Of a stretch of 64,000 nt of DNA, positions 10,961 through 21,091 are shown one piece after another. The first letter of the stretch is position 1, and each line of letters starts with the position of its first letter. The notes below the pieces were generated by a model, which was given only the letters and a program-made list of their open reading frames with translations, searched no databases and had not been told where the DNA came from. This DNA comes from an uncultured candidate division Zixibacteria bacterium (lineage in GTDB: Bacteria; Zixibacteria; MSB-5A5; GN15; FEB-12). The translations under genes and the position numbers were made by a program. The stretch lies in contig OY760907.1 in the NCBI GenBank assembly GCA_963664195.1, positions 864,001 to 928,000 on the forward strand, given 5' to 3'.

Positions 10961-11830
10961 CTAATCGCTCAAGGCGTCAGCGCCGGAGACTACCTCGAGC
11001 AGCTCACCGGTAATCTGCGCCTGGCGCGCTTTGTTGAATGCCAGGGTCAAGGTATCAACCATTTCGCCCGCATTCTTGGTAGCGTTCCCCATTGCCATCA
11101 TCCGGCTTCCGTGTTCCGAGGCCAGAGATTCTGTAAGGGCAGTAATCATCTTTGTATTAGCATAACTCGGCATGAGCGCGGCGTAGATTTTCTCTGAGGT
11201 CGGCTCGAAGATATAATCGCTCGCCACTTCTTCGCCCTCTTCGACAACTTCCGGTCGCGGCACCGGCAGATACTTCTCCAGTTCGAGGTTGTAACGAACC
11301 AGCGAGAGGAACCTCGTGTAAATGAAGCTGATCTCGTCGGTCACTCCGGAGGTAAACCGCTCGGTAAGAAAGGAGACGATTTCGCGCGCCCGACCGTAGT
11401 CCATAACCCCGTTCCAGTCCCCGTAGAACTCGATAATCTTGTGTGCCCGGCGCTTGTAGTAGTCATTGGCGCGCTTACCGACACACACCAATTCCACCTC
11501 CGCATCCTTGTGCTCCGCAAGCCATTTGTCCGCTTTGCGGAATACGTTGGAATTGAAGGAACCGCACAGACCGCGATCAGAGACGATGATCACCAGCGTG
11601 CGTTTCTGGACCGGTCGCTCTTCGAAGAACGGATGAGCGATTTCACCCGCGGAGCCGGCTGCGAGATGGCTGAGCATTTCGTTCAGTTTCTCTGCGTACG
11701 GCTTGGCCTGCTCGACCTTCTGCTGCGCTTTGCGCAACTTGGACGCCGCGACCATCTCCATCGCCTTCGTGATGCGCTTGGTCGACTGGACCGACCGAAT
11801 TCTGTTTTTTACTTCGCGTAGAGTTGCCAT
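10961..11830 (-). CDS. atpG: ATP synthase F1 gamma
   Basis: ITKAMEMVAASK, SDRGLCG, RQAQIT. Confidence 0.98.
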   Translation of the reverse strand: MATLREVKNRIRSVQSTKRITKAMEMVAASKLRKAQQKVEQAKPYAEKLNEMLSHLAAGSAGEIAHPFFEERPVQKRTLVIIVSDRGLCGSFNSNVFRKADKWLAEHKDAEVELVCVGKRANDYYKRRAHKIIEFYGDWNGVMDYGRAREIVSFLTERFTSGVTDEISFIYTRFLSLVRYNLELEKYLPVPRPEVVEEGEEVASDYIFEPTSEKIYAALMPSYANTKMITALTESLASEHGSRMMAMGNATKNAGEMVDTLTLAFNKARQAQITGELLEVVSGADALSD

Positions 11831-11878
11831 GTACTAGCTACCACTAATAAACGTCAAACATCCCAACTTCGACAGGCT

Positions 11879-12469
11879 CTAGAATTTGAAGCCCAGCGAG
11901 AACGGAATGTAGTTAATGCTTTCGCCGTCGGCCTGGATCGAGACGTACTTGCCCTGGATGAACATCTTGCCCATTTCCACGCCAGCCCCGAACTCGAAGA
12001 AGGCCTTGGTCTCGGACTCAAACGATACGGTCACGGTCTCGAATTGGTCGGTGGAAGGATTGTACATTTCACCGGTCATGTCGGAGATGGAGATGCTGGC
12101 CATGCCACCACCACCGAATACGAACGGATTCATATTGGAGTTCGGCACTCCAAGATTCAGCTTGACATCTCCGGCAATGAGAATCGCCGAAAACGCGCCA
12201 CCGTCGACATCAGCTTCATCCGGAAGGTCCAGACCAAAAGTATGAAAATCCGCACCAAACAGCAGTTCCATCTTCGGCGCCATAGCCATACCCAGGCGAC
12301 CGATGCCGTGGAATCCCATTTTCCAACCGTCGGCCAGATCGCCAGAAGGCAGAGAACCGCCACCGCCAAGATACATGTTGAACGGCTTCGCGGGTGCCTG
12401 CGCCATGGCAGACGTTGTCATCAGAACGGCCATTACGGCCACAATCGCGAACAGTGTAATCTTCTTCAT
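11879..12469 (-). CDS. outer membrane beta-barrel protein (small OmpA/OmpW-like), inside the atp operon
   Basis: Signal peptide, alternating beta strands, C-terminal LGFKF; GGAGAGG RBS. Confidence 0.8.
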   Translation of the reverse strand: MKKITLFAIVAVMAVLMTTSAMAQAPAKPFNMYLGGGGSLPSGDLADGWKMGFHGIGRLGMAMAPKMELLFGADFHTFGLDLPDEADVDGGAFSAILIAGDVKLNLGVPNSNMNPFVFGGGGMASISISDMTGEMYNPSTDQFETVTVSFESETKAFFEFGAGVEMGKMFIQGKYVSIQADGESINYIPFSLGFKF

Positions 12470-12506
12470 CTTACCAAACCCTCTCCACCGAGTTTAGGGG
12501 CAGTTC

Positions 12507-14012
12507 TTACTTGAACTGCTCCTTGAATTCATCCGCCGCACCCTTCAACTTGGCCTCGATCTCGTCGGAGATTTTGAGCTCCTTCTCAAGCGTCAACTGA
12601 ATGTCCGGGTATTTCTTGTCGCAGAACTCCAGGAAGCCCTTTTCGAACTTCAGAACGTCTGTGACCGGAATATCATCAACATAGCCGCGCGAGGCAGCCC
12701 AAATAGTCATGACTTGTCGGGAAACGAGAATCGGCGAGAACTGACCCTGCTTGAGCAGTTCTACCATTCGTGCGCCACGATCCAGTTGTTTGCGGGTGCC
12801 CTCATCCAGATCGGACGAAAACATGGTAAACGCTGCCAACTCACGGAACTGCGCGAGGTCAAGCTTGAGCGATCCCGCTACCTGCTTCATCATCTTCTGC
12901 TGGGCGTTACCACCCACACGAGACACCGAGATACCGACGTTAATAGCGGGTCGGATACCGGCGGCAAACAACTCGCCCTCGAGGAAGATCTGGCCGTCCG
13001 TAATCGAAATCACGTTGGTCGGAATATACGCTGATACGTCACCTGCCTGGGTTTCAATGATCGGCAATGCCGTCAGGGAACCGGCACCAAGATCGTCGGA
13101 GAGCTTGGCGGCTCTTTCGAGCAAACGGGAGTGACAATAGAAGATATCACCCGGGTAAGCTTCACGGCCCGGCGGGCGACGAAGCAACAGGGACAACTGG
13201 CGATAGGCCTGTGCCTGCTTCGACAAATCGTCGTAGATACAGAGCACGTGCTTGCCGTTGTACATGAACTCTTCGCCCATGGCACAACCGGCGTACGGTG
13301 CAATGTACTGCATCGGGGCCGGATCGGTCGCACACGCCGTAACCACGATGGTGTAGTCCATGGCGCCGTGTTCACGGAGCGACTGTACCACCTGAGCGAC
13401 GGTCGACTGCTTCTGACCGATAGCGACGTAAATACAGATCACGTCGGTGTTCTTCTGGTTGATGATCGTATCGATGGCGACAGCCGTTTTACCGGTCTGA
13501 CGGTCACCAATGATCAGCTCACGCTGTCCGCGGCCAATCGGGATCATCGAGTCAATCGCCTTGAGACCCGTCTGCAGCGGCTCTTTCACCGGCTGACGCT
13601 GCACCACGTTCGGCGCGGCACCTTCGATAACACGAGTTTTGTCGGAAACGATCGGCCCTTTGCCGTCGAGCGGCTGACCAAGCGGGTTGACCACACGACC
13701 GATAAGGGCATCGCCCACCGGCACGGAGGCCACACGGCCGGTTCTGCGAACCTGGTCACCTTCGTGAATCAAGGTGTCCTGGCCGAAGATAGCGGCACCG
13801 ACATTGTCTTCTTCCAGGTTGAGTACGAGTCCCATAACATCGCCCGGGAACATAATCAACTCGGACATCTGAACGTCTTGTAGTCCCCAGATACGGGCGA
13901 TACCATCGCCTACCTGCAGTACCGTACCGACGGACTCCATCTCGAGCTTGGTATCATACTTCTCAAGCTCTTTTTTAATAACTGATGATACTTCTTCAGG
14001 ATTAAGCGCCAT
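12507..14012 (-). CDS. atpA: ATP synthase F1 alpha
   Basis: [18 protein letters not shown]. Confidence 0.99.
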   Translation of the reverse strand: MALNPEEVSSVIKKELEKYDTKLEMESVGTVLQVGDGIARIWGLQDVQMSELIMFPGDVMGLVLNLEEDNVGAAIFGQDTLIHEGDQVRRTGRVASVPVGDALIGRVVNPLGQPLDGKGPIVSDKTRVIEGAAPNVVQRQPVKEPLQTGLKAIDSMIPIGRGQRELIIGDRQTGKTAVAIDTIINQKNTDVICIYVAIGQKQSTVAQVVQSLREHGAMDYTIVVTACATDPAPMQYIAPYAGCAMGEEFMYNGKHVLCIYDDLSKQAQAYRQLSLLLRRPPGREAYPGDIFYCHSRLLERAAKLSDDLGAGSLTALPIIETQAGDVSAYIPTNVISITDGQIFLEGELFAAGIRPAINVGISVSRVGGNAQQKMMKQVAGSLKLDLAQFRELAAFTMFSSDLDEGTRKQLDRGARMVELLKQGQFSPILVSRQVMTIWAASRGYVDDIPVTDVLKFEKGFLEFCDKKYPDIQLTLEKELKISDEIEAKLKGAADEFKEQFK

Positions 14013-14169
14013 CACAGTACTCCTGCACGTATTGAGATCCGGACATTATTTTTCAACATTCCATACCGCCCGATTAATATCGGTGGCTTACCATGCCCGA
14101 CCCTTCGCAAAACAGGACGAGCACTATTTTTCAAAATCGCACCGACCTCACAGGCCGTTGCGGGCGAAC

Positions 14170-14718
14170 CTAATGAACCTTGACTTTCTGCAGCATCTCT
14201 TCGATCTGGCTCATCCCATGCTTAACCGAACCGTCGACAATCTGGTCGTGCATGATGACAATCATACCTCCCAGCAACGACGAATCGACCTTCTTCTCCA
14301 GCTCGAGCGTTCCGCCGGATCGAGCAATGAGCTTACTCACCAAAGTAGCTTCCTCGGCATCCTGCAGCGGAACCGCGGTGAAGACTGTAACCCGATTGAT
14401 GCCCTTTTCGAACTCGACCAGACGGTTGAATTCATCGAGCACTTCAGGCAGGTATCCAGCGCGGCGTTTCCGGACGAGCACGGCTAAGAATTCAATGAAC
14501 AGCTCTTCCAGCTGTTCTTTGAATACTTTCCGTACCAACTGGAGCTTCTGTTCCTCATCCACGCTCGGTGAACTCAGGAAGGTCAACAGCGAACGATCAC
14601 CTTCCAGCACCTTACTCAGTCCGGAGAACTGATCATAGGCCTGGTCGATCACCCCGCGCTCTTTGGTTGACATGAGCAGGGCTCGGGCGTACTTCTTTGC
14701 GACTTCCTGGGCAATCAT
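14170..14718 (-). CDS. atpH: ATP synthase F1 delta
   Basis: VAKKYARAL, LLGGM..VDGSV; position in operon. Confidence 0.93.
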   Translation of the reverse strand: MIAQEVAKKYARALLMSTKERGVIDQAYDQFSGLSKVLEGDRSLLTFLSSPSVDEEQKLQLVRKVFKEQLEELFIEFLAVLVRKRRAGYLPEVLDEFNRLVEFEKGINRVTVFTAVPLQDAEEATLVSKLIARSGGTLELEKKVDSSLLGGMIVIMHDQIVDGSVKHGMSQIEEMLQKVKVH

Positions 14719-14722
14719 AGTA

Positions 14723-15217
14723 TCAGACTTTCTCCAGGCTGTCGATGAAGCCGCCAATCAACTCACGATGCTTGGCGTCATCCAATTTTTCACGAATGAC
14801 TTTGCCCGCAGCCGTCATGGTCATCGTTATCATTTCATCACGAAGCTGCACGCGCGCCTTGGCTACATCCCTCTGGAGGTCAGCCTTGGCCTTCTCGTGC
14901 AATCCCTTGATTTCATCCTGGGCTTTGGCCTTGATGTCAGCGGCAAGTGACTTGCCTTCCTCGGTTGCCTCGACCAGTTTCGCACGTCGCTCGTTATCTA
15001 TCTCTTTGAGCTTGGCTTCATAGTCGGCGGACAACTGAGCTACCTCGGCCTTTTCCTTCTCGATTTGATCGAACTCACCGGCGATTTTCTCGCGGCGTTC
15101 TTCGAGAAGGGCCATGAGAGGCCCCCAGGCGTACTTCTTCAACAAAATGACCGTCAGCGCAAAGCTGACGAGATGCGTCAACGCCTGGGCAGCATCGAAT
15201 CCTAAGGCTTCAAGCAC
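14723..15217 (-). CDS. atpF: ATP synthase Fo b
   Basis: N-terminal TM, LKKYAWGPL..LEER, coiled coil. Confidence 0.93.
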   Translation of the reverse strand: MLEALGFDAAQALTHLVSFALTVILLKKYAWGPLMALLEERREKIAGEFDQIEKEKAEVAQLSADYEAKLKEIDNERRAKLVEATEEGKSLAADIKAKAQDEIKGLHEKAKADLQRDVAKARVQLRDEMITMTMTAAGKVIREKLDDAKHRELIGGFIDSLEKV

Positions 15218-15285
15218 AATTGCACTCCATTCTCTGCGGCATGCCGCGAGTTGTCGCGGCGATGCCGATTACCTGCGGGTTTTCC

Positions 15286-15522
15286 TCAGCCGGCAATTTT
15301 GCCCTGGGCGATGAAGAACACAACCAACGCATAGATGGTGAGTGCTTCGATAAGCGCACAACCAATGATCATAGCTGTCTGAATCTTACCGGCAGCTTCC
15401 GGCTGACGACCGATGGCTTCCATAGCAGAACCTACAGCCCTGCCAAGACCCAGTGCGGAACCAACCGCAGCGATCGAAACGCCAAGCGGCAAAGCCAGCG
15501 ACAACATTGCTTGAAAATCCAT
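15286..15522 (-). CDS. atpE: ATP synthase Fo c (probably H+-type)
   Basis: RQPE loop, LIEALTIY. Confidence 0.97.
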   Translation of the reverse strand: MDFQAMLSLALPLGVSIAAVGSALGLGRAVGSAMEAIGRQPEAAGKIQTAMIIGCALIEALTIYALVVFFIAQGKIAG

Positions 15523-15576
15523 GATCTCCTCCTAAACGTATTGTTGACCGTATTTAAATATCAGTGTATTCATTTT

Positions 15577-16440
15577 CTAGTGATGTTCCTCGTGTGGCAG
15601 CATCATCAGAATATAGATCGATGACAAAAGGGTAAACACCAGCGCCTGAATTATCGACAACAGCGTCCCCAGGAAAATAAACGGCAGATCCAGCGGCAAC
15701 CCAATCGGGGAATCCATGAATGAGAGCGCGGATATGCCAAGGCCAACGAAGGCCGCCACGAGTACGTCTTCACCTGTGATATTTCCGAATAGACGTAAGG
15801 CAAGACTGAGCGGCTTGGCCAGCTCGCCAATAATATGGAGCGGGACCATCAAGGGCACCAGACACCAACTGATAACATCATTCGGACTGCCAGCAAGATG
15901 ATGAAGCCATCCGCCCAGCCCCAGTCGTGAAATGCCGGTCCATTGTGCGTACATAAACACGGTAATGGCCAGCGTGGCTGTAACATTTATGCTGGTCGAG
16001 GGCGAGTGTCCACCGGGAATCAAGCCCCACAGGTTGTTAATCAATATGTAAAAGAAAAGCGTTCCAAGGAACGGCGTATATCGCCTTGCTTCTTTGCCCA
16101 GAATGCTCTCAAAGAAACTGAGCATCCCGCCTACGAGCAACTCAACAAAATTCTGCAACCCGCCCGGAATCATAGTGCGCTTGCGATACACAATCATCGC
16201 GACAGAACACATGAGCACCGTGGTGGCCAGCGCGTAAATCGGGTTGACCCATGCGTACACAGCATGGTCGTGTCCCAATACCAAACCGAGCAGACTCGGG
16301 AGGGCGGGCGGGCCATCGCCGTGGCCACCATCACCATGCCCTCCGGCATCGGCTTCGTGTCCGCCGCCGGTAGCAACAAAAAGCATCGGCAACCATGTCG
16401 GTGCCACCATCAGAATCTTGTGAATAATGGGAACGATCAT
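15577..16440 (-). CDS. atpB: ATP synthase Fo a
   Basis: QNFVE, KPLSLALRLFGN, IQALVF. Confidence 0.96.
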   Translation of the reverse strand: MIVPIIHKILMVAPTWLPMLFVATGGGHEADAGGHGDGGHGDGPPALPSLLGLVLGHDHAVYAWVNPIYALATTVLMCSVAMIVYRKRTMIPGGLQNFVELLVGGMLSFFESILGKEARRYTPFLGTLFFYILINNLWGLIPGGHSPSTSINVTATLAITVFMYAQWTGISRLGLGGWLHHLAGSPNDVISWCLVPLMVPLHIIGELAKPLSLALRLFGNITGEDVLVAAFVGLGISALSFMDSPIGLPLDLPFIFLGTLLSIIQALVFTLLSSIYILMMLPHEEHH

Positions 16441-16841
16441 GCTACACTCTCGAGTTTCTGATCCATCGTTGTCTGATCATCGGCTTTCGTTATCCAGCGA
16501 CCCAGAGCCTTAAGCAACATGATCGCGAATATCCCCGTAAAGCCAACCAGCAAAAGCCAGGGTTCGAACAGACTCACAGACAACAGGCCAAACCCGGCAA
16601 CAAACAGAAGAATAAACATCACTATGGTCACGACCACGGAAGGAACATGAATATCCCCATCCGCCCGCAGAGTCTGCTTGATGAGACGCGTCAACAGCAT
16701 CAGGTTCAACATACCCCACACACATCCCGATAACACCGCAATCGTAGGATAAAATCCGAAATAGTACGATCCAAAGGGAACAAAGATAAGCAGAACGAGG
16801 GCGGTGGTTCTAAGAAGGCGATCAATGAAATCAAGTCCCAT
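16437..16841 (-). CDS. atpI: ATP synthase protein I-like membrane protein
   Basis: 4 TM helices, immediately upstream of atpB. Confidence 0.7.
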   Translation of the reverse strand: MGLDFIDRLLRTTALVLLIFVPFGSYYFGFYPTIAVLSGCVWGMLNLMLLTRLIKQTLRADGDIHVPSVVVTIVMFILLFVAGFGLLSVSLFEPWLLLVGFTGIFAIMLLKALGRWITKADDQTTMDQKLESVA

Positions 16842-17114
16842 CTAACGGTTATCCTCTTTATCCTCGTCTTCTTCCATCGCCTGGGCCTTGCGGATCAAGT
16901 TATAGATCTCTTTGCCAGCGGCCGCGAATCCAAGAAACAGACCGAGCGCCATCAGATAGGGGTCGGTACCAAACTTCCCGTCCAGCCATTGGCCTGCAAA
17001 AAACCCGACGAGCGGTGAAACAACGAGGATGCCCGGCACTGCAACATAGATCGCAGTAGGGCCATACTTACTGCCGGATTTCTTCTTCCCCGGCGGCGGG
17101 CCTAGCAGGGTCAT
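16842..17114 (-). CDS. AtpZ/AtpI (ATPase gene 1) family protein
   Basis: GFFAGQWLDGKFGTDP..GLFLG motif. Confidence 0.85.
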   Translation of the reverse strand: MTLLGPPPGKKKSGSKYGPTAIYVAVPGILVVSPLVGFFAGQWLDGKFGTDPYLMALGLFLGFAAAGKEIYNLIRKAQAMEEDEDKEDNR

Positions 17115-17316
17115 TGTGATCCCCGTATTTCAACGTTAAGTCGCCAATATATTTTCGCCCGGTCCAAAGTCAACAGATTTTTGACAAGATAGGGATAGTA
17201 TTTGTGAAAAAAGTAGCATGGAGTACTTTGCAGTATGCCGCTGTTAGCTGTGTGGCAGCATTTTAGGACTTGCCCCCGCTTCCAGAAGCACCATATTATC
17301 ATTCAACAGGTGAGGT

Positions 17317-18042
17317 ATGGGAATGAGACGTTTATTAGCATTGAGTTTTTGTCTTCTTCTGGCCGCATGCGGCTCAGATGACACACAGAAGAGCAAGCCG
17401 GTAGTCCAGGTACCACAGGCACCCGAGTATGCCGTAGACCAACAACTGTACAAAGATGCTGCCGAAAACCTTATCAAGCGCTTCTCGGGAGACCTCAAGA
17501 GCCGCCTGATGGATGCCTACAAGAAAAAGGGCGCCGTAAGGGCAATAGGGGTCTGTTCCGAGGTTGCACCCGATATTGCGGCCGCTCACACAATCGGCGG
17601 GTGGTCTATCAAGCGTGTCAGCGAGAAATTCCGCAACCCCGCCAATCGACCGGACACTACAGAACAGATGTTCTTGACCAGCTTGGCTGATACCGGTGAT
17701 TTCGCACCTACTTTTCTGACCTCATGGCACGAAGAAGAGATCGATTCGGTCGAAACGGTCGTCATGCACTACTACAAGCCGATTCGGGTGGATGCCTTCT
17801 GCCTCAAATGCCATGGGGACCTCCAAACACTGGCTCCGGGAGTCTACAAAAAGCTGAAACGAGAGTACCCCTCTGATCATGCAACCGGCTATAAAGGCGG
17901 AGAGCTTCGCGGTATGTTTGTTGTGGAGGCTACGTGGCCGGAAGGGCGCGAAATGGCAGAGATTCTGGCTTCAGGAGCCGAGATTCCGTTGCCGGTGACA
18001 GATACGGCTGAGATTGACTCGGGACAGGCGGATAGCTTGTAG
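17317..18042 (+). CDS. DUF3365 (Tll0287-like) c-type cytochrome lipoprotein
   Basis: Lipobox LAAC, RNPANRPD, CLKCHG, YP.DHATGYK.GELRG. Confidence 0.88.
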   Translation: MGMRRLLALSFCLLLAACGSDDTQKSKPVVQVPQAPEYAVDQQLYKDAAENLIKRFSGDLKSRLMDAYKKKGAVRAIGVCSEVAPDIAAAHTIGGWSIKRVSEKFRNPANRPDTTEQMFLTSLADTGDFAPTFLTSWHEEEIDSVETVVMHYYKPIRVDAFCLKCHGDLQTLAPGVYKKLKREYPSDHATGYKGGELRGMFVVEATWPEGREMAEILASGAEIPLPVTDTAEIDSGQADSL

Positions 18043-18070
18043 TCTGTAGAGTTGGTCCACGCCACAAGTG

Positions 18071-18151
18071 GCCGTCTTCGAACCCGCCAATCCCAAACCG
18101 AACCCTTCGGACTCGACCTTTCCGACAGATTTGAGGACAAACCTTCCCTGC
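18071..18151. repeat. REP-like palindrome cluster (family A, degenerate)
   Basis: Reverse-complement match to the 21675 element (gcagggaaggtttgtcctcaaatctgtc ggaaaggtcgag) plus gccgtcttcgaacccgcc. Confidence 0.7.
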
Positions 18152-18224
18152 TCCAGAACCATCCTCCGCCCTAAAAACACTCTCCGATTTGCGCTGCGGA
18201 TATTGCGCGCGATTCGTATTAATA

Positions 18225-18512
18225 GAGGAACGCTTCTTCGTCTGAAACTTGCTCTTTGGAGTGAACGGACAGCGACTGAGCGGACAACAGAAGGAGGCGG
18301 AAGAGCACCAAAAACGGATTGCTGCGCACCGAAAAACCCCGTTGAAGCGCTAATCAACTGCGCTGCCGAACCGGGAACAACCGGCCCACACCCGGTCTCG
18401 TAGGTTCGGTTTGGAAGCCGGGGCGTACAAAACCTTAGCGAGGCAATCCCGCGTGGCCGGTGCCGGACACTGGTTCCGGCATCGGCCGATGGCGGTCGAA
18501 AGACCGGCTATT
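18225..18512 (+). ncRNA. candidate structured RNA (weak 6S-like features)
   Basis: Several stems including a 13-bp hairpin 18455-18487 and a GAAA-tetraloop hairpin; no convincing ORF. Confidence 0.25.
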
Positions 18513-18551
18513 TCTGTGGGTGGAGATGACCGTATACGGCGGCCCCTCTTG

Positions 18552-18580
18552 TGTGCCGTTGGACGACCCCGTCCGACGAC
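18552..18580. repeat. REP-like palindrome family C
   Basis: tgtgccgttggacgaccccgtccgacgac; similar copy at 49584. Confidence 0.65.
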
Positions 18581-18770
18581 TCGGAGTACAATCCGAAAGC
18601 AATCGATCTGGAATCTCGATTCACGACGTCGGTCCCGTCAGATTCAGTGGGTACACGCAACCCCGTCTGACTGGGCGTGAGACCTCAACACAATCTTCAG
18701 ATCGGGAGCCGGGTGCGTTGATCAAGCGTCGTCACGCGAGTCGCATGACGACACATACAAGGGGGCAGGG

Positions 18771-19235
18771 TTACACCTGCTCCGGGGTCAGCATCCAGCG
18801 CAATGACCAACTGCCGTCGTCGTCTTTCTCAAGACAAACGATCCCGGCGTTCTTGAACTGGATCGGCTCGCGGTTGGCATCGCCGCAAATCAACAGTCCG
18901 GCCAGTTTGCTCAAGTGAGGAAGGTGCCCGACCAGCATGGTGTCGTTTTCCATCAGCGCCAGACGGTCCCCCCAAATCGACGGGTCAGCAGTTGGCTCCA
19001 GATCGTTCACAGGAATCACACCGGCATGCGGCTCCCACTGCTCGGCCAGAATGGTTGCCGTCTGCTCCGCTCTCAGCTTGCCGCTGTGCGTTACCACACC
19101 AACTTCAAACGGCGTCCGTCGGGCAGCATGGCCCGACACTTTTTTGATATCCTCCAGGCCTTGCTTCGTCAGCCCGCGTTTCGAATCCTCTTCCTTGCTC
19201 TTGGCCTCGGCATGTTGTACCAGATATAAATACAC
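18771..19235 (-). CDS. sixA: phosphohistidine phosphatase SixA
   Basis: LYLVQHAEA, HSGKLRAEQTA, LVGHLPHL; GTG start with GGAGG RBS. Confidence 0.9.
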   Translation of the reverse strand: MYLYLVQHAEAKSKEEDSKRGLTKQGLEDIKKVSGHAARRTPFEVGVVTHSGKLRAEQTATILAEQWEPHAGVIPVNDLEPTADPSIWGDRLALMENDTMLVGHLPHLSKLAGLLICGDANREPIQFKNAGIVCLEKDDDGSWSLRWMLTPEQV

Positions 19236-19445
19236 TTGGGTAACCTCCCGGTTATTCGTCTTGCCATTTCTGTTCGTAAGAATAACGTCGCCCATCCGAA
19301 TAAAGCAAGCGGCAAGTACGGCAATCGCCAACGGAAAGGCGGCCCGATGTTCGACAGGGTCTGTGCGGGCAGCATGATTGTCCTCAGCGTCAGCTGGACC
19401 ATCTTTGGAATATGGGGATTCATCCCAGGGGCCCCCTTGAAATAC

Positions 19446-19477
19446 AAAAGGGGAGTACCCATGCAGCACTCCCCTTG
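19446..19477 (-). terminator. terminator after the M56 gene
   Basis: aggggagt...actcccct stem, T-run on minus strand. Confidence 0.6.
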
Positions 19478-19511
19478 ACCTCACTCTTACCCGAGTGCCA
19501 TCGGACAGGAG

Positions 19512-21089
19512 CTAGTTCTTGTTGCGCCCAAAACTTACATCCGCTTTGAGTTCGTTATCATCAATCCGAAGCGTTACCTCGCTGAGACCGTTCTGGCCGG
19601 CGATCTTCCAGACGCCAGCCTGCTTCTCAAGCACCATATCGAACTGGTCGAAATCGGCAAACCAGACATCGTCGGAACTCGACCCGTGAATCTCCATGGT
19701 CAGCGTGTGAGAAACGTGGAATTCGTCACCGATTTGCTTCATCTCGGTTACATCGAACTCTGCCACAACTTTGTCGGCCTTACTGAGGCTTCGGGTGAGG
19801 TTGTACGAACCGGGCTTATCGAGGTCATCGCCCGAGAGTGTCACGCTAAAACTCAGAATTTGCTCCAGGTAATCGTCCAACTCAGAAGATGTGACGAACT
19901 TCCTCATTCGCTCGAAATCCTGCTGCTCCAGCGCAGAATAGAACTCAGTGATGGTCTTCATCACCTGGTCGCGTTCGGAGCCTGCCACGGCGCCGGATGT
20001 TTGCTTCGGCGCCTGCATTTCTTTTTCTGCGCCCACGGTCATCGCGGCCACCGGAAGAACCAGCGCCACGGTCAGGACGGTTGTCAGGATGAGGTCGCGG
20101 AGTCTCAACCTGCGGTGCGTAATACTGTTGTCGAGTAAGGCCATTAGTCTGCCCTCCATTTGATTGCGATGCGCCATAGCGACCGCTGCAGGGGCTGCCG
20201 GGCATCGTTTGAGGTGTATTCCGCGTGCTATTTCAAGGAGGTGGTGTGCGTAATCAGAAGGTCTGGCCCCGGTGGCCAGAACATGGTCGTCGCAGGCTTT
20301 CTCGCGCTCGATGTGAAGCCGACGGCAGGCAATCCAGACAAGGGGGTTGAACCAGTAGATCGCACCGGCCAGGTTGGCGACCAGACCCGCAAAGACATCG
20401 TGACGTTTCACGTGCAGAAGCTCGTGCATGAGGACGACCTTGCGACGGTCCGAAGACCAGCGTTCGGCCTCGACCGGCATCACAATCACCGGACGGAACA
20501 GCCCGTACACAAACGGTATCGAAACACAATCCGATACCACCAGACGAATGCTGAGATCGACGCGTGCCTCTCGTGTGCATCGGGCCAGTTCGGTCTCGAA
20601 TGACGCAGGTGCGCCGGTCCTTATAATAGAAGACGTCCAGAGCCAGCCGATCATCAGGCGCGATACGGCGAACGCCGCTCCCGCAACCCATACGATCAGC
20701 GCCCAGGTATGCCAGGGAGTAGTCGTATTAGCCGGACGAGTCGGGTCGGCAGTCACACCACCGAGCACGTGTCGGTCTGCATCGACCGCGACTTCGCCCG
20801 CAATATCGTTAGTAATAAAAGTCGAGAACGTGTGGCCCGAAAGCGTCTCGCCCAGAGTCGCGACTTCCCATTCCGGAAGAAAACTCGAGATGACCGGCAC
20901 GATCAGTGCAGCCGCAAGTGTGAGTAGAAGAACGAGGTGCCGTGTCGACGCGGAGAACCGTCGCAGGCATAGCCAGACGGTCAGTCCGGCAAACAGAACA
21001 ATCGAGCTTTTCGCCAGTGCGATCAAGGCGGTCGGCACCCACGCACCCTCGGCAATTCCGGACAGAAGCAATGCCAATGATTCGTACAT
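19512..21089 (-). CDS. BlaR1/MecR1-type M56 metallopeptidase with C-terminal NTF2-like domain
   Basis: HELLHVKRHD, WFNPLVW, EREKACD; multiple TM helices. Confidence 0.9.
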   Translation of the reverse strand: MYESLALLLSGIAEGAWVPTALIALAKSSIVLFAGLTVWLCLRRFSASTRHLVLLLTLAAALIVPVISSFLPEWEVATLGETLSGHTFSTFITNDIAGEVAVDADRHVLGGVTADPTRPANTTTPWHTWALIVWVAGAAFAVSRLMIGWLWTSSIIRTGAPASFETELARCTREARVDLSIRLVVSDCVSIPFVYGLFRPVIVMPVEAERWSSDRRKVVLMHELLHVKRHDVFAGLVANLAGAIYWFNPLVWIACRRLHIEREKACDDHVLATGARPSDYAHHLLEIARGIHLKRCPAAPAAVAMAHRNQMEGRLMALLDNSITHRRLRLRDLILTTVLTVALVLPVAAMTVGAEKEMQAPKQTSGAVAGSERDQVMKTITEFYSALEQQDFERMRKFVTSSELDDYLEQILSFSVTLSGDDLDKPGSYNLTRSLSKADKVVAEFDVTEMKQIGDEFHVSHTLTMEIHGSSSDDVWFADFDQFDMVLEKQAGVWKIAGQNGLSEVTLRIDDNELKADVSFGRNKN

Positions 21090-21091
21090 GA

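Noticed and set aside
15286..15522. Na+-translocating ATP synthase
   Set aside because: The c subunit has E-A rather than E-S/T and lacks the helix-1 Gln of the Na+ signature
18440..18500. HDV-like ribozyme (tcccgcgtg loop)
   Set aside because: P3 and P1 pairings contain mismatches and the J4/2-P2 elements could not be placed
18068..18918. Plus-strand ORFs 18068, 18411 and 18460
   Set aside because: They run through REP palindromes, lack an RBS and have non-protein-like composition
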